A DNA stretch of 64,000 nucleotides from Sedimentisphaerales bacterium (GTDB taxonomy: Bacteria > Planctomycetota > Phycisphaerae > Sedimentisphaerales > Anaerobacaceae). This document shows positions 40,120 through 51,092 of this stretch, piece after piece. The DNA is taken from positions 6,464,001 through 6,528,000 of the forward strand of contig OY970194.1 in assembly GCA_963708075.1 (NCBI GenBank). The letters run 5' to 3'. The first letter of the stretch is position 1. Every line of letters begins with the position of its first letter. The position numbers and the translations under genes were made by a program. The notes beneath the pieces are model-generated. The model was given only the letters and a program-made list of their open reading frames with translations, was not told the origin of the DNA and did no database searches.

Positions 40120-43100
40120 CTACTCAGCGCCCTGTTCACGGTATAGTGAGTCGAGAGACTTCAGTGGCTCCACTGTCTCCGACAGTCTTGGGGATACATC
40201 GTTGGGGTCGCGTATCAAGCTCGCCGTGACGAAGACCACGAGTACTCGTTTGGAGTTGTCCTCGTTCTTGAAGCCTATATGCGGCCCGAGCCACGAGAAG
40301 AAATCTGTTATGGAAGCACGCTGCGCGCTTGCCTCTGATCTGATCACGTCCGTCATTGCCAAGGCTACAGTACCGCCATCGTGGACCAGAATCCTATTGC
40401 TCGGTCGATCCAGTCTTACGGTCGGATGGTTGGCACCTCGAACGAGTGGCGTACCGCGCGTGACGCCATAGGCAAGCTCAAGGCTGACCTCGTTTTTGTC
40501 GCCGACAGACGGAATCACCAACACGTCAAAGGACCCGTCTTTGTCTACCAGGCCCACAGGATTGGTGCTACAGGTGGTCCAGGTGATGACTGGGAACTTC
40601 GATTCGTCGCCTTCTCTCCCCCTTATTTGCGGGTCCGCTACCATATCCAGCCGATTAGCCTGCTCAAGTCGGTCCAACTCTGCCATGAGTAGATCCGAGG
40701 GCACTCGGTCCGATAGACGACCTGCCCGCAGGTTGAGATCCAAGAGAATGTCGTCTTGGCGAATGTGATCTCTACTTCCGGGAGTCCATTCGATGCCGAG
40801 GTTCTGCAGATCGCGGGGTTCCATCGCGACGATGCGCGTGTCCAGCAGGACGAGGCGCTTGCGTGTGTCGTCTGTCTGTGGACTGCCGGATGCGCTCGAA
40901 TCACTCTGTGTTTTTGATTCGGGGGATGTCTTCTGTCGAGTGACTTCGTAATGGTCCGCCTTTTTCTTGACGACGTAGGGCGTGCCCGCCGTGACCATGC
41001 GGAGGGCGGTCTCCAGGGGCACGGCGTTCAACTCAACATCGATTTCTCCCGTGACATCTTCATCGACAGCAATGGATACTTCCGCGGCTGCCGCGAGATC
41101 CATCAACGCCAGTTGACGACTGACGCCACTGAATAAATTGCTGATCGGGCGGTAGACGAGATAGGTGCCTTGCGGCCAGGGGGATGTATTCGACTCTTCC
41201 TCGAAAGTACGCCGGCCCCTCGAAGCGACGAGATAGTAGTCTGGCGTCTTCCTGATGACGTAGGGTTTGCCGGCCAGGACCATCTCCAGAGCCGTCTCCA
41301 GCGAGACATCCTTCATGTCCGCATATACCGATCCGGTCACCGTCTCGTCGGTGATGATCGGCACGCCGGCCATGGTGGCAACATCCTGAAGGACCAGGCG
41401 CAACTGGTCGCCCTGCCATACGTTGGTGATCCGAGGCCGTTCCTGTCGGGCAATTGTGCTCTCCCCGATCTTCTTGAACACGTACGGCGTGCCTGCCAGA
41501 ATCCGGCGAAGCGACTCCTCGACGGAAACGCCGGCGAGTTCGGCCGTAATAGCCTGGGGCTTGACCGTCTCATCAACCGCAATCCTCACCCCCCCGCGTC
41601 TGGATATCTCCGCCAGCACTTCTCGCAGGTCCACGTTGGCGAATGTTGCGGTGATCGGGTCGCCAAAGATGCGGGTAGTGACTTCCCCGGATGATTCTCT
41701 GAATCCTCCCATTCCGCCCATCCCGGGGGCGATCTCATTCGCACCGGTGTCGTCGATAGGGCCCTCCAGGATGGTCGGCATCGCCATGATGTATACGGAC
41801 TCCTCGTCCTTGCCCGGCGCCGGCATATTCCACTCGGTCGTCCCGGCAAGAGTGATGCACTGGCCGCTATATACGGTGGCGGCTGCCTGAACGATTCTCC
41901 GCCGCACAACCGGCACGTCCGCGCCGGCGGAAGGCCGAAGGACGTCGGTCGTCCCGACCACGATCTCCAGGGTGACAGCATTGTGGTCACCAATGTGCGG
42001 GGTCAGGTCTATTTTGACCCCGGCCTCGATTCTCTCCAGCTTCCCGGGCTCTGAGGAGCCGTCGGCAGGCGGTGCGGCACGAATGTACTCGTCATGACCG
42101 ATTCTAACCTGGCACTCCGTTCCGTCTCGTGCCACGACCCGCGGGCTGGACAGGACCTCCACGTCCTTAAACAACGGAAGGAGGGCGTCCATCGTCTCGC
42201 CCGGCAGTGATTCCTGGACGACATGATCGCGGAGGACCTCGCCGACGGTCAGGTGAAAGCGAGGCCCGAACTCGCCGGCTCGTCCCTCAGGCCGGACCCG
42301 CTTGCCGAGGATCTCCTCTATCTTCAGCACGGTCTCGCGGTCCAGCTCGCTGCTGTCGACCGCCTTGACGACCTTGATGCCCACTTGAACATAGGCCTTG
42401 TCTGCCTCTGCGTCATTGGGGTCAGACGCGGACAGTTCAGCGACCTCGGCGGGTGCTGTTATCCCAGGCCCGTTGATCGTCGGCCGTACGAGCAGGATGT
42501 GCAGACGCTTACCGGCGGTTCTCGTCCTCCTGCTGCGGCGTGCCCCTCACGAAGACTGCTGAGTATTCATTGTTTCGAGCAATGAGCATCCATGCCATTT
42601 TTGTCGCAATCATTCGTTCGTTGGGGTCGGCGGGGTCGTCGACCAGATGGGTGAGAGCCAGTTTCGCATCAATCACTACCGCGTTCGGATCGTTCGGTAG
42701 AGAGACTGTGGTTTCCAGTCTCATGGAGCCGAGTCCATCCTCTTCCGAGGCTGCTTGAGGCACAGGAGCATTCGCGTCTTGTGCCTCGCCGATCATGATA
42801 GCCCCGGGTTGCCCCGGGAGCAGCAGAATTGTCGGATTGCTCACTATGCGAGCGTAACCGCGGGACACGAGGAGGTCCACGAATTCCTTGTCCTTGTCGC
42901 GTGCGAGCATGACCCCGGAGAGGGCATCCGCCAGAGGCCGCTGGAGTTGCTCAAGGCTTGGCTGGGGCAGGGGCCCGATGACGCGGCCGGAATTTCCTGC
43001 CGGCCTGCGCAACAGCAGGGTTCTCGCTTCCGCCGCCGTCTGCGGGTCGAGCGTACGGTCGGCGGAAACCTCGACGAGAGTGTAGCTGACCATGACCGGT

Positions 43101-44275
43101 GTGCGTGCCGGATCATTCGGCTCTACTTCGGCCTGCACAGCATCCGCCAACGCAGCGAGATCGTCGGCCGCGGGACCAGGCGGACGGGCATCTGCCCTCG
43201 CCAGGGCGAGAGCCGCAGGGATTGCGACGCCGGCGACGAGCAGCAGGGTGATCAGGCCGGGCAGCCAGGCGAAGCGTCTGTCATCGGCTGTGGGTCGGCC
43301 GAGCAGGCGGGCGATGCGGTCAAGCAGGCTGCCGCCGGTGGCGGCGATGGCCAGCTCGGCCTGGCTGTGGCGGATTTCCTCCAGGCAGGTCAGCGCCCGG
43401 GCATATCGCACGGAGTCGCCGCAGACGCACACGGCCATGTCGTCACAGCAGTTCTCCCGCTCGATGCGAATGCGGTGAGAGACCCACCAGACGGCCGGAT
43501 GGTAAAAGCCGAGGATCTCCACGACCGTCTGCAGCACGTTCACGAGGTAGTCGTATCGGCGGATGTGCGCCAGCTCGTGGGCGAGAATTGCCTCCAGTTG
43601 CTCGGGGCTCAGGCCGGTCAAGGCGCTGGCGGGCAGCAGGATCACCGGGCGCAGCCAGCCGACGACCGTCGGGACCTCGACGAGGGCCGACTCAAGCAAT
43701 GTCACGGCCCGGTGAACGCCGAGCCGGCCGGCGATCTGCGCGAGTCGCCGCTGCAACGCATCGCCAACTCGGTGGACCATGCGGCGTTTCAGCCGCTGCA
43801 ATTGCATCCACCCGCCGAGATGCCACGCGGACAGGCCGAACACGCCGACCAGCCAGCCCAGCACGGCATACGGCAGGGCGGGTTCAAGCGCCGACGTGAT
43901 TCGCTCGTTCCAGGGGACGGGAATAGCCACGTCCACAATTTCCAGCGGCACATCAGAGAGCGTGAATGGCTCATCGGGCATCTGGGCGACGGTCGCAGGC
44001 GCTGCAGTGGTCACTAATGGCTCGGGCTCAGGGCCCGCCTCCGCGGCAGGCCCCCGAACCTCGATAAACTGCATCGTTGCGATGGGCAGCACGACCATCA
44101 GTGTCAGGGCTGCACAGGCGGTCAGGTATCGCACGTTTGCGCTGCTTCTTCGCAGCAGCCGCAGGAAGCCCGCCAGGAGCATTGCCACGACCGTCGCTTG
44201 CCAAAGGAAATGCACCAGCATCCAGCCCAGCCGCTCCACCGTCGCTTGGGAAAGCAGGTTCTCCAGCCACAACAT
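40120..44275 (-). CDS. BlaR1-type M56 peptidase fused to secretin-like and STN domains (apparent +1 frameshift at ~42519)
   Basis: HFLWQ, PVILLP, HELAHIRRYD and ERENCCD in ORF 42509..44275. Removing one A reads ETAGKRLHILLVRPT..DPNDAE..VQVGIKVV into ORF 40120..42384, which has three STN-like repeats and secretin-like segments (GVKIDLTPHI, LQNLGIEW, LVVFVTASLI). Confidence 0.82.
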
Positions 44276-44658
44276 TATTGTCCCTCCAAATCATCGAGCA
44301 TTTGTCGGATTCGCTTCAATTCCTTCGGCGAGACCTTCTTGGCGGACAGGGCTCGCAGGACGAGCTTCTCCGCCGAGCCGGCAAAGACCCGGTCGAGCAG
44401 GTCGCCGATCAGTTGCTTCTGCGTGCGTTCCTCCGAGACAGTCGGTCGGTAGATGTGCTTGTGTCCGCCGGTCTCGCGCACCAGCAGGCCCTTGTCCACC
44501 ATGATCTGCATCAGTTTCAGCGTCGTGGTGTAGCCTGTCTCTTCCTCCTGCTTCAGGGCTTCGTGCACGTCCCGGACGGTGCTGGGACCCTTGTCCCACA
44601 GCACGCCCAGGATCGCCAGCTCCCGATCCGTCGGACCCGATGTCTTCTTTCGCGCCAT
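44275..44658 (-). CDS. BlaI/MecI/CopY family transcriptional repressor
   Basis: PTDRELAILGVLWDKGPSTVRDV..YTTTLKLMQIM.DKGL..FAGSAEKLV; translationally coupled to the M56 gene. Confidence 0.93.
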   Translation of the reverse strand: MARKKTSGPTDRELAILGVLWDKGPSTVRDVHEALKQEEETGYTTTLKLMQIMVDKGLLVRETGGHKHIYRPTVSEERTQKQLIGDLLDRVFAGSAEKLVLRALSAKKVSPKELKRIRQMLDDLEGQ

Positions 44659-44702
44659 GACTTTTCTCCTTAATCTCTCCCCGCCTTTTCCATATCGGCA
44701 GG

Positions 44703-44743
44703 TTACGAATGAATTCGTAATAAATCAACGAAAAAATTCGTAG
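44703..44743. promoter_or_regulatory. Tandem palindromic operators, probably bound by BlaI #1
   Basis: TTACGAA-TGAA-TTCGTAA (44703-44720) and AACGAA-AAAA-TTCGTA (44727-44742), 45-85 nt upstream of the repressor. Confidence 0.7.
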
Positions 44744-44984
44744 TAGCATAAAAATTTCTCGCGGGCAAGGGAAGAACTTCTGACGGGAGAGCCGGCAAGT
44801 ACCACTGGAATGTCATTCCCGTGCAGGCGGGAATCCAGGAACCTGTCGAATGGTCCTCGCTTGGCGAGTCGGGTGACAATCCTGCTCATACTGTTGCAGG
44901 CTCTTGCCGGGAAGAGAGCCTTCGCGATGCACTGCGAGGGCCTCTGCTTCAGTGGGTCTCTCCTGCCTGGCGGGCATTTGCGAA

Positions 44985-47501
44985 TCAGAGGTCTTCTCTC
45001 TCCTCCGTCACAAACCAGACCTCCGCCGGCTGCTTCTCGACTCTGAATTGAAGGCCGGTCTGTCTTGCGAGGTTGTTCAGCAGCGCGGGCAGGTACGTCT
45101 CCTTGTCGATGACTCGTTCCGGGTAGGTGTCCATGAGAGCATCGCAAGACAGGTACCGGATCTTCCCGGTCGGTACCGGATCGGTTCTGTCGTCGATGGC
45201 GATGTTGATACCGTCCGCAAGTTGACGAAGCAGGTCAGCCAGAGAATCCGCTTCGCCTGTGTCCCCGTCCTCGGACAGAGGTGTGTCTCTGGTGATGCGC
45301 AGACAGAACTGATTCGGATCCTCGTCAGGCAAGGGCGTTGGAGTGTAGCGACCCGTCACGACGATGGTGTCTCGCTCGACCGTGCGTTTCTCAAAGCGGA
45401 TCGACCGGCATATCTCTGTGCGGAGGATCTCCTCCAGGGCCCGGAGTTTCTCTTCGACGGAACACCCGTCGCGGATGATCCAGTCGCCCTTCGGAAAAGG
45501 CACACCCCGGAGCTCGTTGGGGACGACGAAATCGTAGTCGGGGATGCCTAGCACCCAGTTCAAAACGCTTCGGGCTCTGGGCAGATTCACGCCCCCGTAC
45601 CAGGCGCCTCGCTTGAGTTGACCGTCCCAGCGAAACCCGCCGCAGATGTACCAGGCATCGACGAGAAGCACGTTGAGCCCACCCTGGCCAAGGCACATGT
45701 CGACCATATAGTCCTGATGCTCGGGCATGAAGGGCGGCTTGACAAGTTTCACCACTTCGCCTTCATCAAGGCGGTATGTCTTGTCGAAGGGTTTCCGCCA
45801 CTCCGTGCGTTGTGGCCAGTCATCGGCGATTGGCCTGACCGGGTCCTGCGGCTCCAGTACCGCCGTGCCCACGTCGATTGTATCCTTGCCTGTCTCCGAC
45901 GCGGCCAACGGGACAGTCTTCATCACGTAGTCGGGGGCGAGAAATCGCAGTCGATACGCATGGTCACGTGGCAGCGCACTAAGCCTGAACTTACCTTCGC
46001 CATTTGCATACCCCGCGGAGATGGGGGTCTGAGGTTGGGGCGGGTCGTCGAGGAATACAATGACGAGAGACTGGGGGATCGGTTGACCGTTGGAATCGAG
46101 CAGGCGCCCCTGAAGTGTGAGACCAGGCTCGAGCCTGACTACGGCAAGGGACGCGGGATCTTGGACTTCCACCATGGCGGCCAAATTCTTATGTCTTTCC
46201 TGCACGACGAGGCAAGCGTTGGTTCCTTCAGCCACCCACGTCGGCGACCAGGGCACTTCGAAGTACCCCTGCCCGTTCGGCTCAACTGCATAACAGGTCA
46301 TGGGCAGGGCGGTCACGTGCACGGGACTGTGACTGAGAGGGTCATTATTCGGGTCCAGCACCTGGCCTCGTATCGTGACGCCCAAGGCGAGCTGCTCGAC
46401 GCACGCGCCGTGGCCGATAGTGCTCTTGACGAATTCCATCGCCTGCACAAACCTCGTCTGAGCGAAGGCGAGGCCGACGGTGATGCAGGCGGTCAGGCCA
46501 ATGGTAGCAAGCGTCCAACGTGGGCCGCTGCAGGGGTTGCTGCATTCGTCCCGGACGATGCGGCGGATGCGGCCGGCGAGTCGCGTCCTGGTGGTCACCA
46601 CGGCGGGGATCAATGCCGCCTGGCCCAGAGCGGTCAGACCCAATAGCGTGCGTGCATAACGCGTGCCCACCTGGCCGGAGGCGATCACCCAATCGTCGCA
46701 GACCTCTTCGCTCAGGTCCGCCAGCCGCCAGCGAACCAGCCAGGAGAATGGCTGCCAGGGCAGCAGGCAGATCATCAGCTCGGCAAGCAGCGCGCTGACG
46801 TGATCGTGCCGCTTCCAATGGGCCAGTTCATGACACAGGACGCTCGACCAATCGAGGCGTGCGTCGCCGCGGGAGCCGCTCGGCACGAGCAGAACCGGCC
46901 GTCGGCCCCAGCACCAGATGACCGGGCTGCGCGCGTGGCCGCTGGCACGCACGATCACATTGTCTTGGACTCCCAGCTTGGCCTTTGCACTGTCGAGGGC
47001 CTCCACGATTGGAGCGCTCTGTGCCGGCGCAGAGCGTCTGACGAGACTCAGACCCAGGAGCAGCCGAGCCAGTAATCGCAGCAGCAGAGTCGAGGTTGCC
47101 CCGAGCCACAGCAGTGGCAGGGCGGTTTGCCACTGGAACCTGGGCGTCACAGGTGCAACCGTCCTTGACAGCGTCACGCCAGCGCCGGCTGGCTCAGCGG
47201 CCGTGTCGCTCACCGGGGCTGGAGCGGTCGTTGCAGGGTCAGTCTCTACGAAGAACGGCTGAGCTTCGCGGATGGAGATTGTTCGCTCCGCCACGAACAG
47301 TCCCCATTGATTCTGTCGCACCGCGTGGCTCAGTGCGGGGATCAGGATCGCCGCGAGCAGCGACAGCAGCAGCAGTTGATGCGCGCGGACCGGCCGGCGC
47401 CGCAAGAGAATACTGCCTGCAAGTCCCGCCGCCAGGCAAGCTGTGCTCTGCCAGGCCAGCGGCCAGAGCCACGGATGTTGTGTGAAGACTTCGCTGATCA
47501 T
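44985..47501 (-). CDS. BlaR1-type M56 peptidase with carboxypeptidase-regulatory-like C-terminal domains
   Basis: HELAHWKRHD, SEEVCDDWV, YARTLL; then IRGQVLDPN and LQGRLLDSNGQPI beta-sandwich starts. Confidence 0.85.
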   Translation of the reverse strand: MISEVFTQHPWLWPLAWQSTACLAAGLAGSILLRRRPVRAHQLLLLSLLAAILIPALSHAVRQNQWGLFVAERTISIREAQPFFVETDPATTAPAPVSDTAAEPAGAGVTLSRTVAPVTPRFQWQTALPLLWLGATSTLLLRLLARLLLGLSLVRRSAPAQSAPIVEALDSAKAKLGVQDNVIVRASGHARSPVIWCWGRRPVLLVPSGSRGDARLDWSSVLCHELAHWKRHDHVSALLAELMICLLPWQPFSWLVRWRLADLSEEVCDDWVIASGQVGTRYARTLLGLTALGQAALIPAVVTTRTRLAGRIRRIVRDECSNPCSGPRWTLATIGLTACITVGLAFAQTRFVQAMEFVKSTIGHGACVEQLALGVTIRGQVLDPNNDPLSHSPVHVTALPMTCYAVEPNGQGYFEVPWSPTWVAEGTNACLVVQERHKNLAAMVEVQDPASLAVVRLEPGLTLQGRLLDSNGQPIPQSLVIVFLDDPPQPQTPISAGYANGEGKFRLSALPRDHAYRLRFLAPDYVMKTVPLAASETGKDTIDVGTAVLEPQDPVRPIADDWPQRTEWRKPFDKTYRLDEGEVVKLVKPPFMPEHQDYMVDMCLGQGGLNVLLVDAWYICGGFRWDGQLKRGAWYGGVNLPRARSVLNWVLGIPDYDFVVPNELRGVPFPKGDWIIRDGCSVEEKLRALEEILRTEICRSIRFEKRTVERDTIVVTGRYTPTPLPDEDPNQFCLRITRDTPLSEDGDTGEADSLADLLRQLADGINIAIDDRTDPVPTGKIRYLSCDALMDTYPERVIDKETYLPALLNNLARQTGLQFRVEKQPAEVWFVTEEREDL

Positions 47502-47902
47502 TGTTTGCCCTCCTCTTTTGTTTCCCGCTCTTTCTGTTCGATCAGGTGTTTCAATTCGCCGAGTTCGTCGGCGCTCAAATTGCCCTCGCGGATCAGATGC
47601 TGGAACAAGGCGATCGCGTTGCCGGCGAAGATGCTATTGAGGAACTGCCGGACCGAGCCGGCGCCGGCCTGGTCGCGCGTCTGTGTGGGCAGGTACACGT
47701 AGCTCTTGCCCTCGGCCCGATGCCGGAGCCAGCCGGCCTTTTCCAGCTTCTGCATAGCCGAGAGAACCGTCGTATAGGCAAGCTGTTTCTTCTGGGCGAG
47801 CCGATCCCGGACTTGGTGCACGTTGGCCTCGCCCAGTTTCCACACGGCTTCCAGAACTGCCCGCTGAAGCTCCCCCAGATCGTCCAATGGTTTGCGTGTC
47901 AT
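47498..47902 (-). CDS. BlaI/MecI/CopY family transcriptional repressor
   Basis: LGELQRAVLEAVWKLGEANVHQV..LAYTTVLSAMQKLEKAGW..GKSYVY; 4-bp overlap with the M56 gene. Confidence 0.93.
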   Translation of the reverse strand: MTRKPLDDLGELQRAVLEAVWKLGEANVHQVRDRLAQKKQLAYTTVLSAMQKLEKAGWLRHRAEGKSYVYLPTQTRDQAGAGSVRQFLNSIFAGNAIALFQHLIREGNLSADELGELKHLIEQKERETKEEGKQ

Positions 47903-47955
47903 AGGCTTATCTCCATGCGAAGAAGGACACCAACCGTTGCTACTCCAGTACACAG

Positions 47956-47972
47956 TACTACGCATCGTAGTA
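47956..47972. promoter_or_regulatory. Palindromic operator, probably bound by BlaI #2
   Basis: TACTACG-CAT-CGTAGTA, ~55 nt upstream of the repressor. Confidence 0.65.
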
Positions 47973-48153
47973 GATTGCAAGCGAAAAATGTGAAAATAGG
48001 CAAGAATTTCTATGGAACGCATGGGGCGGTAGCACCATGCCGTGTGAGAATAAAGAAACGAGCCCGGCATCGCGTGATTGCCAGGCCCGTCGTAAGTCTT
48101 GGAGCTTGTAGGGGCGGGTTTCAAACCCGCCCGTACGGACGCCCGATGCGTCT

Positions 48154-50190
48154 TTACTCTTCCTCTTCCTCCTTCTTCTTGCCGTACTGGGCGACGATCT
48201 GCTGCTGGACGTTCGGGGGTACAGGCTCGTAGTGGCTGAGGGTCATGGTGTAGCTGCCCCGGCCGCCGGTGACGCTTTTGAGCTGGCTGGTGTACTGGGC
48301 CACTTCGGCCAGAGGGACCTGGGCTTTGACGATGATGTAGTTGCCCGGCAGCATGTCCTGCCCGACGACGCGGCCTCGCTTGGAGGACAGGTCGCCGGCG
48401 ATATCGCCCACGTTTTCAGCGGGGATCGTGATTTCGATGTTGACGATGGGCTCGAGCAGGACCGGCTTGGCCTTTTTCACCGCGTCGATGAATGCGCCCT
48501 TGCCCGCTGTGCGAAAGGCCACTTCCTTCGAGTCTACGGGGTGATACTTGCCGTCGGTGACGGAAACCTTAACGTCCTGCATCGGGAAGCCCGCGATGGG
48601 GCCGCTCTGCATGACGTCATTGACGCCCTTGAAAACGGCCGGCTCGTACTGGCCCGGGATCGTGCCGCCGTAAATGTCCCAACTGAACTGCAGCGGCGGG
48701 TCGCTGCCGCGATCGGCGGGTTCGACATTCAAGTACACCTCGCCGAATTGGCCGGCGCCGCCGGTCTGCTTCTTGTGACGATAGTGCCCTTCGGCCTTGC
48801 CCGTGATCGTTTCTTTGTACGGGATCTTGGGCTCCTTTGTGTTCACGGACAGCTTGAAGCGGTTCTGCATCTTCTCGATCATGACGCGAAGGTGCAGATC
48901 ACCGAGCCCCTGGGCCACCAGCTCCTTGGTCTGCATGTCGCGGGTGGTCCGGAAGCACGGGTCTTCCTCGCGCAGCCGGTCCAAGGCGCCACCGATTTTC
49001 TGCTCGTCGCCGCGGGAGGCCGGCTCCATGGCCAGGGCGAACATCGGCTCCGGGAACGCGGGCATATCGAACTTGCCCGACACCCGGCCGTCCGAGACGA
49101 GGTCTGCGATTCTCAGCTCCTCGACCTTGGCGAGCGTGACGATATCGCCCGCGACGCCAGTGTCGATTTCTTTGATCTCGCCACCCTGGGATTTGAGGAT
49201 ATGCCCCGGCCGCACGCCCTTCTTCTCGTCGTTGCGAATGAGGTTCGTATCGGACTTGAGCGTGCCGCTGAAAACGCGGATGCTCGAGTATTTCATGTTG
49301 GATCGCGGATCGAACGCCACGCGGAAGACGATTCCCGCCAGCGGCCCGGCAGGATCGGGTTTCAACTCGGATGCGTTCTCGTCGCCGACCAGCTTCACCG
49401 GCCCGGCCTGGAGCGGGGAAGGCGTGTACTTCGTGATGAAGTCCAGCAGCTCTTTCACGCCCATCTCATGCTTGGCGTCGGTGAAAACGATGGGCACGAG
49501 CGTTCCCGCAGCGAGGGCTTTGACGAACCCGGAGGCAATCTGCCCGGCGGGGATCTCTTCGCCGCCAAGGTATCGCTCCATCAGGGCGTCGTCCGCCTCG
49601 ATGACGCTCTCGATCAGTTGCGTATGAGCCTCGGCCACGTCCATCACAGGGGAGCTACCGCTGCTGTTGACGATGCAGTCGATGACGGAACTCTTGTCCG
49701 CCGAGAGCAGATTGGCACAGCGGCACTGCGAGCCGAAGGTCTCCTGAATCATGTGAATCAGCTCGGGCAGCTCGAGGTTCTCGGCATCGACCTTGTTGAT
49801 AACGATCACGCGGGGCTTCTTCTGCTCCCCGGCGAGCTGGAACATCTTTCGGGTATTGGTCTCGATGCCGGCGGCGGCCCCGATAACGATGATCGCCGTC
49901 TCGGCGGCCGGGATCGCCGCAATCGCCGGACCGACGAAATCGGGGTATCCCGGCGCATCGATAATATTGATCAGTTTGCCGTCGTACTGGGCGAACATGA
50001 CCGACGCCAGGATGGAGTGCTGATGCTCCTTTTCCTCGTCGTAGTAGTCGCTGACGGTGCTCTTCTCGTCAACGCTTCCCAGCCGGTTGATCGCCCCGGT
50101 GAGGTGCAGGATCGCCTCGGCCAGCGAGGTCTTGCCGCTGCCGCCATGTCCTAACAGAACCACGTTCCGAATGTCGCCCGTTGCCGTCAC
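48154..50190 (-). CDS. Elongation factor G paralog (EF-G2-like)
   Basis: GHGGSGKT, DAPG, NKVD, EDP, GLGDLHL, HKKQTGGAGQFGEV, DGKYHPVDS and LLEPI. The RGITI motif is replaced by HQHSI and the gene is outside the str operon. GTG start with GGAGG. Confidence 0.93.
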   Translation of the reverse strand: MTATGDIRNVVLLGHGGSGKTSLAEAILHLTGAINRLGSVDEKSTVSDYYDEEKEHQHSILASVMFAQYDGKLINIIDAPGYPDFVGPAIAAIPAAETAIIVIGAAAGIETNTRKMFQLAGEQKKPRVIVINKVDAENLELPELIHMIQETFGSQCRCANLLSADKSSVIDCIVNSSGSSPVMDVAEAHTQLIESVIEADDALMERYLGGEEIPAGQIASGFVKALAAGTLVPIVFTDAKHEMGVKELLDFITKYTPSPLQAGPVKLVGDENASELKPDPAGPLAGIVFRVAFDPRSNMKYSSIRVFSGTLKSDTNLIRNDEKKGVRPGHILKSQGGEIKEIDTGVAGDIVTLAKVEELRIADLVSDGRVSGKFDMPAFPEPMFALAMEPASRGDEQKIGGALDRLREEDPCFRTTRDMQTKELVAQGLGDLHLRVMIEKMQNRFKLSVNTKEPKIPYKETITGKAEGHYRHKKQTGGAGQFGEVYLNVEPADRGSDPPLQFSWDIYGGTIPGQYEPAVFKGVNDVMQSGPIAGFPMQDVKVSVTDGKYHPVDSKEVAFRTAGKGAFIDAVKKAKPVLLEPIVNIEITIPAENVGDIAGDLSSKRGRVVGQDMLPGNYIIVKAQVPLAEVAQYTSQLKSVTGGRGSYTMTLSHYEPVPPNVQQQIVAQYGKKKEEEEE

Positions 50191-50290
50191 TTTTTGACCT
50201 CCAACGACGTTTCCAGAATTACACTTACCTTTGAAAACTGCCAATACTACTACGTTTCCAGGGGATACTCAAGGGCCTTTTTCTGCGAAT

Positions 50291-51092
50291 AATTGGCTTT
50301 GTTTCGCACAACGGCGCCTGCCTGTAGGGGCGGGTTTGAAACCCGCCCGTAAAGCCAAGGCGTTCTTCCGGAGAGTGTGAAGTGTGAAGTTTGAAGTGTG
50401 AAGCTGGGTAGTTCCATGGCTGGCCCCTCCTGCCTGACGCCTGCAACTTCAAACTTGCAACTCCCGACAAATTGGCTTTGTTTCGCACAACCCATTCTCC
50501 ATCCGCCTGCGGGCTCTCGGAATTGGCTTTGTTTCGAATGGCCGGGGCTACGTCATTCAGTAGCATAGGCTGCGCCCACCGCTCGTCCGGCAGGACCAAT
50601 TGGCTTTGTTTCGCACGACCGATCCTCCTGCGAGCCGGCATGCTCTCGAAATTGGCTTTGTTTCACACAGTCCGTCGTCTGACTCCCTGCTGCCTGTCTC
50701 CCGGCAATTGGCTTTGTTTCGCACGGTCGGGCACACGGAAACCTGCACGTCTCGTAGGCGGCTGTGCCCACCGGCGGCCCCATCGCCGCAGAATTGGCTT
50801 TGTTTTCGCAGACGCGCCCTCACCATCTTGCTCCCATAACCTTTTCCCAGAACAGGACTTAGCGCCTATCCCGCCCTCCACGAATTGGCTTTGTTTCGTA
50901 CGGCATGGCCTTCGCTTGACACTTCACACTTCCAACTTGAAACCTCTTTCCGATTGGCTTTGTTCCACACACCTGCATACGCCTGTCATCACACAGCCCG
51001 GCTACGCATCCTCCCGTCTTTCAATCCGCAGTCCGCAATCAACAATCCGCAATCTCCAGGGCTCCCAGCCCCGCGATTGGCTTTGTTTCACA
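50291..51092 (-). repeat. Array of 10 direct repeats (A/G)ATTGGCTTTGTT(T/C)(C/T) with variable spacers
   Basis: Copies start at 50291, 50470, 50521, 50598, 50650, 50706, 50792, 50883, 50952 and 51075. Confidence 0.9.

Noticed and set aside
50291..51092. CRISPR array
   Set aside because: The repeat is only 15-19 nt and non-palindromic, periods range from 51 to 179 bp, spacers contain host repeat modules, and no cas genes are present. Kept as an unclassified array.
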